This document shows positions 27,925 to 37,058 of a DNA stretch of 64,000 bases, one piece after another. The stretch covers positions 2,815,956 to 2,879,955 of the forward strand of contig OZ241982.1 of the NCBI GenBank assembly GCA_965204335.1. The letters are read 5' to 3'. The position numbers and the translations under genes were made by a program. Each line of letters opens with the position of its first letter. Position 1 is the stretch's first letter. The notes below the pieces were generated by a model. The model made no database searches. It was not told where the DNA came from and was given only the letters and a program-made list of their open reading frames with translations. This stretch comes from Dehalococcoidia bacterium (GTDB lineage: Bacteria > Chloroflexota > Dehalococcoidia > Bin125).

Positions 27925-27970
27925 GATCGGAGCAATCTCCTCCCAGGTGACGGTAGATAGAGGAGCGACT

Positions 27971-28993
27971 ATGGCTTTTCCACACGCAATGCTGCGCTGC
28001 GGCTACCCGTATGAGCGCGTGCTCGGCATGCGGCGCGTGACCACGTTCCCGGTCGACATCGCGGTCGGCGACGATCGGATCTACGTGGTCGGCCGGACCG
28101 AGTTGGGCGTCGGCGGGAACATTCGCATGGTCTCGCTGAAGTACGACGACGAGCTGGGCGACGACCTGACCCATGGCGACCTGGGCACGATGGCCGACAC
28201 CGGGCACCTCTGGCCGGTCGGGTTGCTGCGCAGCGACGACCGCAACCTGCACGTCCTCGATGAAGGCAACCACAACATCACGACGTACTCGCCCGATGGC
28301 GAGAAGCTGAATGAGTGGGGCGAGCACGGATCGGAACCGGGACAACTTGACCGGCCGTCGGGCTTCGCCTTCGACAGCGATGGCAACGTCTGGGTCGTTG
28401 ACACGCAGAACCACCGGATCCAGCAGTTTTCGTCCGACGGCGAATACATCGGCGGGTTTGGCGAGTTCGGCGACGGTCCCGGACAGTTCAACATGCCCTG
28501 GGGCATCACCTTCGACGCTGAGGGCGCCATCTACATCTCCGACTGGCGCAACGATCGGGTGCAGAAGCTGAGCTCGTCGGGCGAGCACATCATGGACTTC
28601 GGCACCCGACCGGGCTACGAGGTCGTGCGCCCCTGCGGTGTTGCGGTCGACGAGCACGGGGACCTCTACGTGGCCGAGCGCAACAAGCACCGCGTTGTGA
28701 TGTACGACCACCGTGGCCGCTACGTGGAATCGTTCCACGGCGCGGCGACGTTGGGCCGGATGGGCCGCGAGTACATCCGCGCCAACCAGAAGACGCTGCG
28801 TCTGCGTGAGATGACCTCGCTGGAAGAGCAGAAGCTGCTGCGCTTCCCGCAGGGCGTCCGCTATCACGAGGGACGGCTGTACATCTGCGACTTCGGCAGC
28901 CACCGGGTCCAGATCTTCAAGAAGGACGCGGAAGCGCTGTCCGAGAATCAGATCATGGCCGAGCTACGGGCGCCGACACTGTCGACCACCTAG
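27971..28993 (+). CDS. NHL-repeat beta-propeller protein
   Basis: Repeated P.G.A.D..G..YV.D..N.R.Q units; AGGAG RBS. Confidence 0.9.
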   Translation: MAFPHAMLRCGYPYERVLGMRRVTTFPVDIAVGDDRIYVVGRTELGVGGNIRMVSLKYDDELGDDLTHGDLGTMADTGHLWPVGLLRSDDRNLHVLDEGNHNITTYSPDGEKLNEWGEHGSEPGQLDRPSGFAFDSDGNVWVVDTQNHRIQQFSSDGEYIGGFGEFGDGPGQFNMPWGITFDAEGAIYISDWRNDRVQKLSSSGEHIMDFGTRPGYEVVRPCGVAVDEHGDLYVAERNKHRVVMYDHRGRYVESFHGAATLGRMGREYIRANQKTLRLREMTSLEEQKLLRFPQGVRYHEGRLYICDFGSHRVQIFKKDAEALSENQIMAELRAPTLSTT

Positions 28994-29003
28994 TCGCCGA
29001 CTT

Positions 29004-29054
29004 CCCTCTCCCCCCGCGGCGCGGGGGGAGATGTCACGGCGTGACAGAGGGGGG
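29004..29054 (-). repeat. Family-B palindromic repeat
   Basis: CCCTCTCCCCCCGCGGCGCGGGGGGAGATGTCACGGCGTGACAGAGGGGGG. Confidence 0.88.
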
Positions 29055-29061
29055 TCCACAG

Positions 29062-29400
29062 ATGCCGATGGTCTTCGGTTTCGCCGAGCATCGCCGTCAG
29101 CAGCTCGAGGCGGAGTTCCTGCGCATTGCAGGGTCCATGCGTCAGCTCGGGGCCGAGCGCTTCTGGCTGACCGGCGATCTCGCGCGGAACCAGGTCGGAC
29201 CCGACTCCGAACTTGAGCTGCTGATCATCCACCAGACCGAGCGCCCCTTCCGTCACCGCTCCGATTTCTTCCAGACGCACTTGAGGCCGCAGGTCGGAAC
29301 GTCGTTCATCGTCTACACGCCGGACGAGTTCGAGGAACTCTGCGAAACGGATCGGGTGATCGTCGAAGCGACCCGCCTCAGCGATGAGGTGATCGTGTGA
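29062..29400 (+). CDS. Minimal nucleotidyltransferase (MNT)-like protein with degenerate catalytic motif
   Basis: LTGDLARNQVGPDSELELLII aligns with LFGS.ARG....DSDIDLLVI; C-terminal VYTPDEF. Confidence 0.75.
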   Translation: MPMVFGFAEHRRQQLEAEFLRIAGSMRQLGAERFWLTGDLARNQVGPDSELELLIIHQTERPFRHRSDFFQTHLRPQVGTSFIVYTPDEFEELCETDRVIVEATRLSDEVIV

Positions 29401-29807
29401 GTGCGCGATCGGAGTCCGAGCGTTGGATCGCACAGGCGCGTCACGATCTGGAGGCGGCCGAACACGCCGCCGCCGGAGACTTCCACGCGCTGGCCTGCTT
29501 CCTCTGTCAGCAGGCCGGCGAAAAGGCGGTGGCCGGCTACCTGTTCGCTCGGGGCGCCGACCACGTCTGGGGACATGCGCTCGCGGACCTCTGCGAGGAC
29601 GCGATGCAGTTGGACTCCTCGTTCGACGTGATCAAGACGGTGGGGATGTTGCTGGACAAGTATCACCACCCGACTCGCTACCCGACCGGCCTCCCGGGCG
29701 GCGTCCCGCACGATGTCTACGACGAAGTCGATTCCGGTCGCGCGCTGGAGATCGCGCGCGACGTCGTTCAGTTCGTCTCGACCAAGCTGAGTTCGCTCGA
29801 ACCGTGA
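29397..29807 (+). CDS. HEPN domain protein
   Basis: W..QA..DL, ACF.CQQAGEKA, WGH.L..L, LDKY..PTRYP. Confidence 0.88.
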   Translation: MSARSESERWIAQARHDLEAAEHAAAGDFHALACFLCQQAGEKAVAGYLFARGADHVWGHALADLCEDAMQLDSSFDVIKTVGMLLDKYHHPTRYPTGLPGGVPHDVYDEVDSGRALEIARDVVQFVSTKLSSLEP

Positions 29808-30097
29808 TCCAGTTCCGACACGTCCGATTGAACGAGTACCACTGCGCCATGCTGGCGGATCTCATGGCTTGGCAGGATCCCCCGGAATCGAGAACGGTCG
29901 TGGTGGAGGATGCCATCGCCGAGGACGGACTCGTGTTTCGACCGGCCCTGCGGCGCCGGGGATACCACCCCGGGGTGCTGGCCAAGCTGGCGGAGCACGG
30001 CCTCGTCGATCTGACCCATCTTGACGAGTCCGCGTACCGGGTGTACGTCACGCCGGTGGGACGCGACTGCTACGACGACATGTGCGGTTTGACCTGA
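29804..30097 (+). CDS. Small hypothetical protein, possibly winged helix (about 97 aa)
   Basis: GTGA overlap with the HEPN stop; L..L.EHGLVD....VTP.GR pattern. Confidence 0.55.
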   Translation: MIQFRHVRLNEYHCAMLADLMAWQDPPESRTVVVEDAIAEDGLVFRPALRRRGYHPGVLAKLAEHGLVDLTHLDESAYRVYVTPVGRDCYDDMCGLT

Positions 30098-30102
30098 CCC
30101 CG

Positions 30103-31041
30103 ATGGCGGCGAGACGATCGGAACCCGAACTGCCTCGTCCGCTTTCGCCCCAGCGGCTGGGCGCGATCCGCAAGCGCCTGCTGGCCTGGTACGACGAGAA
30201 CGAGCAACCGTTCCCATGGCGGAACGCCCGCGATCCATACGCGGCGTTGGTGGCGGCGGTCGCGGCTCAACAGACGCAGATGTCGCGGGTGCTACAAATC
30301 TACGATCGTTGGATGTCGGCGTTTCCGACCATCCAGGATCTCGCGGCGGCCACCGACAGCGACGCGATTCGCGTGTGGGGGCGGGCGGGGTATCCACGGC
30401 GAGCGGTATATCTGCATCGCACCGCCGTACTGGTTTGCGAACAGTATGACGGCGAGCTTCCCGCGGACCGGACGTTGCTTGAAGCCTTGCCGGGCGTGGG
30501 GCCGTTTACTGCGGCGATCGTGCTGAACTTTGGACACAACATGGACGTGGCGGCGGTCGACACCAACATCGTCCGCGTTCTGGGACGCGTGTTGTTTGGA
30601 CATTTGCAACCTGCGAACGATACGCCGGCGGCTCACATCCGTTGGGCCGCGGAACGACTACTACCAGATAGCCAGGCGACGCGTTGGAATCCTGCGCTGA
30701 TGGATTTTGGCGCATCGATCTGCGCGCCGAAGCCCAGGTGTCGGCTATGTCCCGTATCAACGCTGTGCGTAGCGGGTGCGAGGTTCGCGGAGGGACAAGA
30801 GGCGCAGGCCGTCAGGGCTCAGCCCACCTTCACGGGCTCCCAACGCGAGCTGCGCGGCAAGATTCTGTCATTGTTGCGAGAGTCGGACGAGCCACTCATA
30901 CGAACAGCGGTGATCGAAACCGTTGCCGCGCAGGCGGGCGTCAAACAATCTCGCGTTCTCTTATCGGAACGAACCTTAATCGAGGACGGACTGATCCGGC
31001 GCATCGATCATAAGCTCAGTCTCGGATCGGGTGATGCTTGA
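30103..31041 (+). CDS. mutY: MutY-like HhH-GPD DNA glycosylase (catalytic Glu apparently replaced)
   Basis: WY.....PWR..RDPY, QQTQ, FPT...LA, W...GY.RRA, LPGVGPFTA, VDTN, ALMDFG, four-Cys Fe-S motif. Confidence 0.82.
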   Translation: MAARRSEPELPRPLSPQRLGAIRKRLLAWYDENEQPFPWRNARDPYAALVAAVAAQQTQMSRVLQIYDRWMSAFPTIQDLAAATDSDAIRVWGRAGYPRRAVYLHRTAVLVCEQYDGELPADRTLLEALPGVGPFTAAIVLNFGHNMDVAAVDTNIVRVLGRVLFGHLQPANDTPAAHIRWAAERLLPDSQATRWNPALMDFGASICAPKPRCRLCPVSTLCVAGARFAEGQEAQAVRAQPTFTGSQRELRGKILSLLRESDEPLIRTAVIETVAAQAGVKQSRVLLSERTLIEDGLIRRIDHKLSLGSGDA

Positions 31042-31128
31042 CGTGTGCATTTCGCGGCTGCATATACTAAGGTCACAGTTGGAATGCGGCTGGGGCCATG
31101 CTCAAGTCAAGTCCAGAGCATCCATTTG

Positions 31129-31143
31129 GCATTGAGTCAATGC
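31129..31143. promoter_or_regulatory. 15-bp inverted repeat GCATTGA-G-TCAATGC, candidate operator
   Basis: Perfect 7-bp arms directly upstream of the RBS of the 31160 gene. Confidence 0.45.
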
Positions 31144-31159
31144 GAGAGGAAGAGCGAAC

Positions 31160-31672
31160 ATGGCTGACACATTTGCGGATCAACTGCGATCCGAACTCAC
31201 GGGAATCCAATCAGAGATTGACCGCCTGGAAAACAAGCGACGTCTGATCCAGGAGCTGTTGAGCAGCGAATCCTCCGGGGCGGCCGCCGCTGCGCAGGCG
31301 CCGAAGGCGACGCGACGTCGCGCCGCTCGCCGCGGAACGGGCGGTCCCAGGCGCACGCGACGTCCGCGCGGCCTGATCACCGGCAAGGTCCGTGAGTTCC
31401 TCGGCCAGCAGTCCGATCCGGTGCACGCCACCGAGATCCTTGCCTTCCTCGAGAAGAACGATGCGGCTCCCCAGTCGGCGAAGCCGATGCCGACGTTGCA
31501 GTCGACCCTGCAGCGAATGAAGGAAATGGGCGAGATCGAGAACAAGGGTCGCAACCGCTGGTCGCTGCTCTCCAGCGGCGGCTCGAGCGCCGCTCCGGCC
31601 GCGCGGTCTGATGCGCCGCCGGTGGTCACGTCGACCACGACCTTCGGGACGCGCCCACCCGGCATCCAGTAG
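31160..31672 (+). CDS. Hypothetical DNA-binding protein (coiled coil, Arg-rich linker, winged helix)
   Basis: GAGGA RBS; heptad-like N-terminus; TRRRAARRG..PRRTRRPRG; C-terminal L..M...GEI...GRNRW. Confidence 0.7.
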   Translation: MADTFADQLRSELTGIQSEIDRLENKRRLIQELLSSESSGAAAAAQAPKATRRRAARRGTGGPRRTRRPRGLITGKVREFLGQQSDPVHATEILAFLEKNDAAPQSAKPMPTLQSTLQRMKEMGEIENKGRNRWSLLSSGGSSAAPAARSDAPPVVTSTTTFGTRPPGIQ

Positions 31673-31764
31673 CGCGGTAGCATACGTTCAAGCATCGGCG
31701 CCATCGTCATCGTTGTTTGCCCGGCGAGACGTGACGTCCACGCGCTCTGAAGGGTGAGTACTCC

Positions 31765-32085
31765 ATGCTGTTTGAGCTTCGTCAGTACACGATCAACGAG
31801 GGACGCCGCGAGGATTTCGTCCGCCTGATGGAAGAACAGATCATTCCCTTTCAGGTGTCGAAGGGCATGACGATCCTGGGTTCGTTTACCTCCGAAGAGG
31901 ATGACAACACGTACATCTGGATTCGCCGCTTCCACTCGGAGGAGGAGCGAGAGCGACTCTACGAGGACGTGTATGGCTCCGACTACTGGAGAGACGAGAT
32001 CGCGCCGCACGTCGCGGAGATGATGAATCGCGACAGCATCTCGGTCCAGCGGTTGGAAGCAACGCCTCGCTCGCCGATTCAATAG
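31765..32085 (+). CDS. NIPSNAP family protein
   Basis: FELRQY....G, G..I.G.F, WIRRF.SEEER, L..TP.SP. Confidence 0.88.
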   Translation: MLFELRQYTINEGRREDFVRLMEEQIIPFQVSKGMTILGSFTSEEDDNTYIWIRRFHSEEERERLYEDVYGSDYWRDEIAPHVAEMMNRDSISVQRLEATPRSPIQ

Positions 32086-32136
32086 TGATTCCCGTCAGTT
32101 TCGCCACCGTGGTGCGGTTCCGCTAAGCGGCGCGCC

Positions 32137-32955
32137 GTGACGACTGGTTCGCCCGATGGGGCATTGTTTACGTGCGACGGCGAACACTACATTCCGACCG
32201 ACCGCGCTCGCGGTCCCTGGTCGCGCGACGCGCTGCACGGAAGTCCCGTCGCCGCTCTGATCGCCCATGGCGTCGAGCAGCGGTTGCGCGCAAACAGACG
32301 TGAGGTTCAGGGCGCGATCGGCGAACTGAGAATCGCCAGGCAAACGATTGATCTCTTCCGACCCGTGCCATTCGGTCGCCTGGACGTCGATGTCGAGCCG
32401 ATTCGCGAAGGCCGCAGGATCGCCGTCTTGCAGACACGGGTGAGCTGCGAGGGAGTGCTGCTCAGCCAGGCCACGACGCTGTGCCTCAGGGGGGACTCCA
32501 GCCTCGGTTCGGTTGGCACCAACCACTCCGACGAAGCGCCGCCCCCGCCCGAGCAGGCGGCGCCCGGCAAGGTCGACCGCGCGGGCAATCGTTGGGTGTC
32601 ATATCCGGGCACGCTCGAAATGCGACACGTGGTTGCGCCGGGCGGGTCGGAGCCGCCCCTGGTCTGGATCCGGGCCGACGCCGCCGTGCTTGCCGACGCG
32701 CCGCTGACGCCGGCCGTCCAGGCGGCGAGCATCGCCGACTTCGTCTCCCCGTTCGCGAACATGCAGCCCGGGCGCAGCGGCTATGTCAACGCCGACATCA
32801 CCCTTCACCTGCATCGTCCGCCGATCGGCGACTGGCACTACCTGCGGATCGTCTCGCGCGGAGCCGCCGACGGCGTGGCGACCGCACAGGCGGTGTTGGG
32901 AGACAGGAACGGCGCCTACGGAGCTTGCTCGGCGTCGAGCCTGATCAATCCCTGA
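32137..32955 (+). CDS. Acyl-CoA thioesterase-like (double hotdog) protein
   Basis: RGPW....HG.P.AAL, D..RPVP, REGRR, NAD.T.HL.R.P.G.W. Confidence 0.88.
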   Translation: MTTGSPDGALFTCDGEHYIPTDRARGPWSRDALHGSPVAALIAHGVEQRLRANRREVQGAIGELRIARQTIDLFRPVPFGRLDVDVEPIREGRRIAVLQTRVSCEGVLLSQATTLCLRGDSSLGSVGTNHSDEAPPPPEQAAPGKVDRAGNRWVSYPGTLEMRHVVAPGGSEPPLVWIRADAAVLADAPLTPAVQAASIADFVSPFANMQPGRSGYVNADITLHLHRPPIGDWHYLRIVSRGAADGVATAQAVLGDRNGAYGACSASSLINP

Positions 32956-33015
32956 AACGCGGCTGGTTGAGCGTCACGGATAGCACGGCACGGTCAAGAT
33001 CGTTAATCTCTACCC

Positions 33016-35061
33016 ATGGCTGGTCGAATCGTTGGAATGATTTCCGTTTTGACCATTGCCGGGGTGATCACTTCGGCAGTGGTCCTGCTCCTTCTCGCCC
33101 TCGATTCGGAAGACGACACCGGACGAAAGTCGGCCGTGGTCTTCGCCGAGGCAGTGGCTCGGTCGTTGCTCGATGCCGACCTGCAGTCTCTCAGCGACGA
33201 GGAGGCCGACGCTCTGATTCGCCTGAACGCGTCCTCTCCCGAAGCCGGGGACGCCGCCATAGAGCTGGACAACATTTGGGTCTTCAATGTGCAAGGGCGC
33301 CTGGCGGCGTCTTCCGAAGGCTCACGGCCCATTGCTCGCACCGAAGTCGAGAGCGCGCGCCTGGCCATGCAGGCGGGCGAAGCAACGGTCATCGAATCGC
33401 TCACCGCCGGACGCTATGCGGGCACCGCGGCGATCCGCGGCGCGGACGGCAATGTCCTGGGCGCGGTCAGGGTCGAGTTCACGAGCGACCACATTGGCAA
33501 TCACTTCAATCTGTACCGCGCTGAGTATCTGATCGGCGTGATCGCGCTGCTCGTGGTCCTGGTGTTAGCCAGTTGGTTCCTGGCCAAACGCCTCGCCCGA
33601 CCGATCGGATTGATGGTGCGCGCGGCTCGCGCCGTTGAAGGCGGACAACAACCGGCGCCGGCGGTCGCCGCATCGCTGCGCAATACCTCGCTGACGCGGG
33701 ACGAGTACGGCGAGTTGGCCGGGGTCTTCCTCGACATGGCGCGAGAGGTCGGCGCGCGGGAAGTCCGACTGAACGCCCTGGTTGAGGAGCGGACCGTTGA
33801 ACTGTCCGAGAAGAACCGGGCGCTCGAGGATGCGCAGCGGGAGATTCGCAACGACCTCGAGATGGCTCACTCCGTGCAGGCAGCCCTGGTGCCGTCCGAC
33901 CTCCCCGAGGATCCACGCGCCGGCGTGGCTGCGTTCATGACGCCGGCGCTCGACGTGGGTGGCGACTTCTACGACGCATTCATCACCGACCACGGACACC
34001 TGGCGTTCGCGATCGCGGACGTATCAGGCAAGGGCGTGGCCTCGGCGTTGATGATGGCGGTCGGACGCGCCCTGTTGCGCAGCGCCGCGAACCAGCATGC
34101 GGATCCGAGCGAAGCGATCGCGGAGACGAATGATCAACTCTGCTCGATGAATCCCAAAGAACTCTTCATCACGGCGTTCTTCGGCGTCATCGACCTGGAG
34201 CTGGGCACGCTGACCTACGTCAATGCCGGGCATGATCCGCCCTATCTCATGCGTCCTGAGGGAGAGCCGGAGATGATTCCCATGACCGGCGGGATCGCGC
34301 TCGGGGTGCTGCCCGAACTGACCTACACCGAAACGACGATTCCGCTCGATGAGGGCGCCTCGATGTTCCTCTACACCGACGGCATCACCGAGGCGGAGGA
34401 TGCGACCGGGCAACAGTTCGGTCGCGACCGGCTGGAGACGAAGCTCGCCAGCATGAACGGGGAAGGCCCGCAGGAGTTGATGGACTCGGTGCTGACCGAC
34501 CTCCGCGCGTTCTCAGGGGGCGCGAAGCAGTTCGATGACATTACTTGCATGGCGCTGCAATTCGTCGGCGGAGCGGCTGCGGAGCCCTTCATCCCGGGTC
34601 GGGGCGAGGCGCACCTGGCGTCCGGCTGGCGGCGGATGGTGGTTCAGCCAACGCTCGAGACCTCGCTGCCCCGAGTGGCGGCGTTCGTCGAGCGGTTCGC
34701 CGAGACCGAAGGTTTCGACCCGATGGAGCTGTACCGGATCAACCTGGCGTTGGACGAGCTGTTCACGAACACGATCGAGCACGGGTTCCCCGGTCGGGAG
34801 CAAGAGGCGGACATCGCGATCGCCATGCGCCGGGAAGGCGACACGGTTGTCGTTCGCTACGAGGACAACGGTCCCGAGTTCAATCCGCTGCAGGCGACCG
34901 AGCAGGACACGGAGCTCGATCTGCTCGAGCGACCGATTGGAGGCCTCGGCTTGCAGCTGATCGCCTCGACGTTTGATGCGGTAAACTACGAGCGAACAGA
35001 CGACCGTAATGTGACGACGCTGAGACAATCGCGTGAGTCATCTACGGACGAGTCCGAATAG
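33016..35061 (+). CDS. Membrane-bound HAMP + SpoIIE/PP2C phosphatase fused to an RsbW-type HATPase kinase domain
   Basis: Two TM segments; DEYGEL; VGGDFYD, IADVSGKG, NAGH, LYTDGITEA, DDIT; ELFTNTIEHG, DNGPEFNP, GGLGL. Confidence 0.92.
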   Translation: MAGRIVGMISVLTIAGVITSAVVLLLLALDSEDDTGRKSAVVFAEAVARSLLDADLQSLSDEEADALIRLNASSPEAGDAAIELDNIWVFNVQGRLAASSEGSRPIARTEVESARLAMQAGEATVIESLTAGRYAGTAAIRGADGNVLGAVRVEFTSDHIGNHFNLYRAEYLIGVIALLVVLVLASWFLAKRLARPIGLMVRAARAVEGGQQPAPAVAASLRNTSLTRDEYGELAGVFLDMAREVGAREVRLNALVEERTVELSEKNRALEDAQREIRNDLEMAHSVQAALVPSDLPEDPRAGVAAFMTPALDVGGDFYDAFITDHGHLAFAIADVSGKGVASALMMAVGRALLRSAANQHADPSEAIAETNDQLCSMNPKELFITAFFGVIDLELGTLTYVNAGHDPPYLMRPEGEPEMIPMTGGIALGVLPELTYTETTIPLDEGASMFLYTDGITEAEDATGQQFGRDRLETKLASMNGEGPQELMDSVLTDLRAFSGGAKQFDDITCMALQFVGGAAAEPFIPGRGEAHLASGWRRMVVQPTLETSLPRVAAFVERFAETEGFDPMELYRINLALDELFTNTIEHGFPGREQEADIAIAMRREGDTVVVRYEDNGPEFNPLQATEQDTELDLLERPIGGLGLQLIASTFDAVNYERTDDRNVTTLRQSRESSTDESE

Positions 35062-35097
35062 GCATGTCCACAAGCGGCGCCAAAGAGGAGACGACCA

Positions 35098-35433
35098 ATG
35101 GTTGACCTGTACCCGGAATACGACGACAGCGTGTTGGTGCTGAACCCCCTGGGCCGCATTGACGGGACGAACGCGAAGGCGTTCGAAGAGGCGCTGCTCG
35201 GTCGAATCGACGCGGGTGACAATCAGATCTTGATGAACTTCGAGGGGATCAACTACATCTCCTCGGCCGGGCTGAGGGTCCTCCTGATGGCCGCCAAGCG
35301 GACGAGTCAGTCAGCCGGGCAGCTCGCGCTTTGCGCCGTGCAGGACCACATCCAGGAGGTCTTCAAGTTCTCCGGGTTCGCCGAGATCATTCCGATCCAC
35401 GACGACCGTCCCGCCGCGCTGAATACTTTCTAG
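35098..35433 (+). CDS. STAS-domain anti-sigma factor antagonist (RsbV/SpoIIAA-like)
   Basis: GRID, YISSAGLRVLL phosphoacceptor motif. Confidence 0.92.
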   Translation: MVDLYPEYDDSVLVLNPLGRIDGTNAKAFEEALLGRIDAGDNQILMNFEGINYISSAGLRVLLMAAKRTSQSAGQLALCAVQDHIQEVFKFSGFAEIIPIHDDRPAALNTF

Positions 35434-35532
35434 CCGTACATTCCTGACAGCACACGCCGCCTGATCGCGGCCCGCTGCCGCTGCTGGCGGGCGGGCGCTG
35501 CGCTCAGGCGGCGCGGCGTGTCTGCGGTCGGG

Positions 35533-36915
35533 TTAGAGACCCAGTTCGGACTCGAGGCGCGCGATCGAGCGCGAGATGCGGTTGACGAGTTCGTCCGCCT
35601 CTTCCAGGTTGGTGGTCAGCGGCGGTGCGAAGGGAACCGAAGCACCAGCGCGAGCCAGCACGCCCTCGTCCCGCATGTACTGGGTCATGCGGGCCTGCAC
35701 GTTGTCGGCTTCCTCGAAGTCCTCGCCGGTCAGCGGATCCTTCTTCAGCTCGATCACGTGCATCAGGCCGATGCCGCGGGTCTGGTGGATGGTGCGATGC
35801 TGCTCGCGCAACTGGACGAGGCGTGAGCGCACATGCTCGCCGACTCGGGCCGAGTTCTCGACGAGGCCTTCGCGCTCGATGATGTTCAGATTGCCGAGCG
35901 CCACCGCGCAGGAGACCGGGTTCGCGCCCCAGGTGATGCCGCCGATCGTGCCGTCCTTGCCCGCCTCTTCGAACGTCCTCGCGATCTCGTCGCTGACCAG
36001 CGTGGCCGCGATCGGGGAGTAGCCGGATGAGATCTGCTTGGCTGTGGTCATGATGTCGGGCTGGACGCCGAAGTGGTCCATGCCGAACCACTTGCCGGTT
36101 CGGCCGAAGCCGTTGATGACTTCATCCGCGATCAGGACGATGTCGTGCCTGTCGCAGATTTCTCGCAGGGTCTGCCAGTACTTCCGGTCGGGGACGTAGC
36201 TGCCGTTGGCGGTAGAGATTGGCTCGGCGATCATGGCCGCGACCGTGTCGGGGCCGGCGGCGGAGACGACATCCTCAATCGTGCGGGCGCAGAAGACGTC
36301 GCACTCGGGGAAGGTCTTCTCGTAGGGGCAGCGGTCGCAGTTGACGCCGGGCACGTGGAGCGAGCCGGGCACCAGCGGCTCATACGGCGCGCGCATCGAA
36401 TAGGTGGCGGCGTTGACCGAGAGCGCGCCGGCGGTCTGTCCGTGGTAGGAACCGATCCGTGAGATCACCTTGAACTTGCCCGCGTTGCCGCGGATTCGGT
36501 GGTACTGCTTGGCAATCTTGAGAGCGGTCTCGACGGCTTCGGATCCGCCGTTGACGAAGACCGCCTTGCGGATGTTCGAGGGGGTCAGCTCGAAGAGCTT
36601 GGAGGCCAGACCGACGGCCGGCTCGGAGGCGTAGGCGAAGGTGTTCTGGTAGGCGAGCCGCGACATCTGTTCGTGGGCGATGTCGGCGAGTTCGGTGCGA
36701 CCGTGGCCGACCGCGTTCAGCCAGAGACCGGACATCGCGTCGATGTACTCACGTCCCTGGTCGTCGTGCAGGAAGATCCCTTCGCCCTTCCGGATCACCA
36801 GGAGGCCGTCGTCGGCCGCGAGGTCGGCGTGCGACTGGGTGGGGATCCAGAGGTGATCCAACGATTGCTGGCGCAGTGCTGCTTGGGTCGGCGTGGTCAT
36901 CGAAGGTCCTGTCAT
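35533..36915 (-). CDS. Class III PLP-dependent aminotransferase
   Basis: YIDAMSGLW, GGSEAVE, SYHG, IADEVINGFGRTG, PDIMTTAKQ. Confidence 0.93.
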   Translation of the reverse strand: MTGPSMTTPTQAALRQQSLDHLWIPTQSHADLAADDGLLVIRKGEGIFLHDDQGREYIDAMSGLWLNAVGHGRTELADIAHEQMSRLAYQNTFAYASEPAVGLASKLFELTPSNIRKAVFVNGGSEAVETALKIAKQYHRIRGNAGKFKVISRIGSYHGQTAGALSVNAATYSMRAPYEPLVPGSLHVPGVNCDRCPYEKTFPECDVFCARTIEDVVSAAGPDTVAAMIAEPISTANGSYVPDRKYWQTLREICDRHDIVLIADEVINGFGRTGKWFGMDHFGVQPDIMTTAKQISSGYSPIAATLVSDEIARTFEEAGKDGTIGGITWGANPVSCAVALGNLNIIEREGLVENSARVGEHVRSRLVQLREQHRTIHQTRGIGLMHVIELKKDPLTGEDFEEADNVQARMTQYMRDEGVLARAGASVPFAPPLTTNLEEADELVNRISRSIARLESELGL

Positions 36916-36998
36916 GCCATGGGTTGTGAGGACAGGATAGGCGCTGGGATCAAGATGCGTTCGAGCCGGAGGCGTGTTGCGGCGGCGACCTACGGGAG

Positions 36999-37046
36999 CC
37001 CCCCTCTGCCTGCGGCATCTCCCCCCGCTGCGCGGGGGGAGAGGGG
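36999..37046 (+). repeat. Family-B palindromic repeat
   Basis: CCCCCCTCTGCCTGCGGCATCTCCCCCCGCTGCGCGGGGGGAGAGGGG. Confidence 0.88.
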
Positions 37047-37058
37047 GAGGGACGGGCC

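Noticed and set aside
29423-29803. First 127 aa of the 224-aa ORF
   Set aside because: Overlaps the HEPN gene off frame; the plausible gene starts at the GTGA overlap at 29804.
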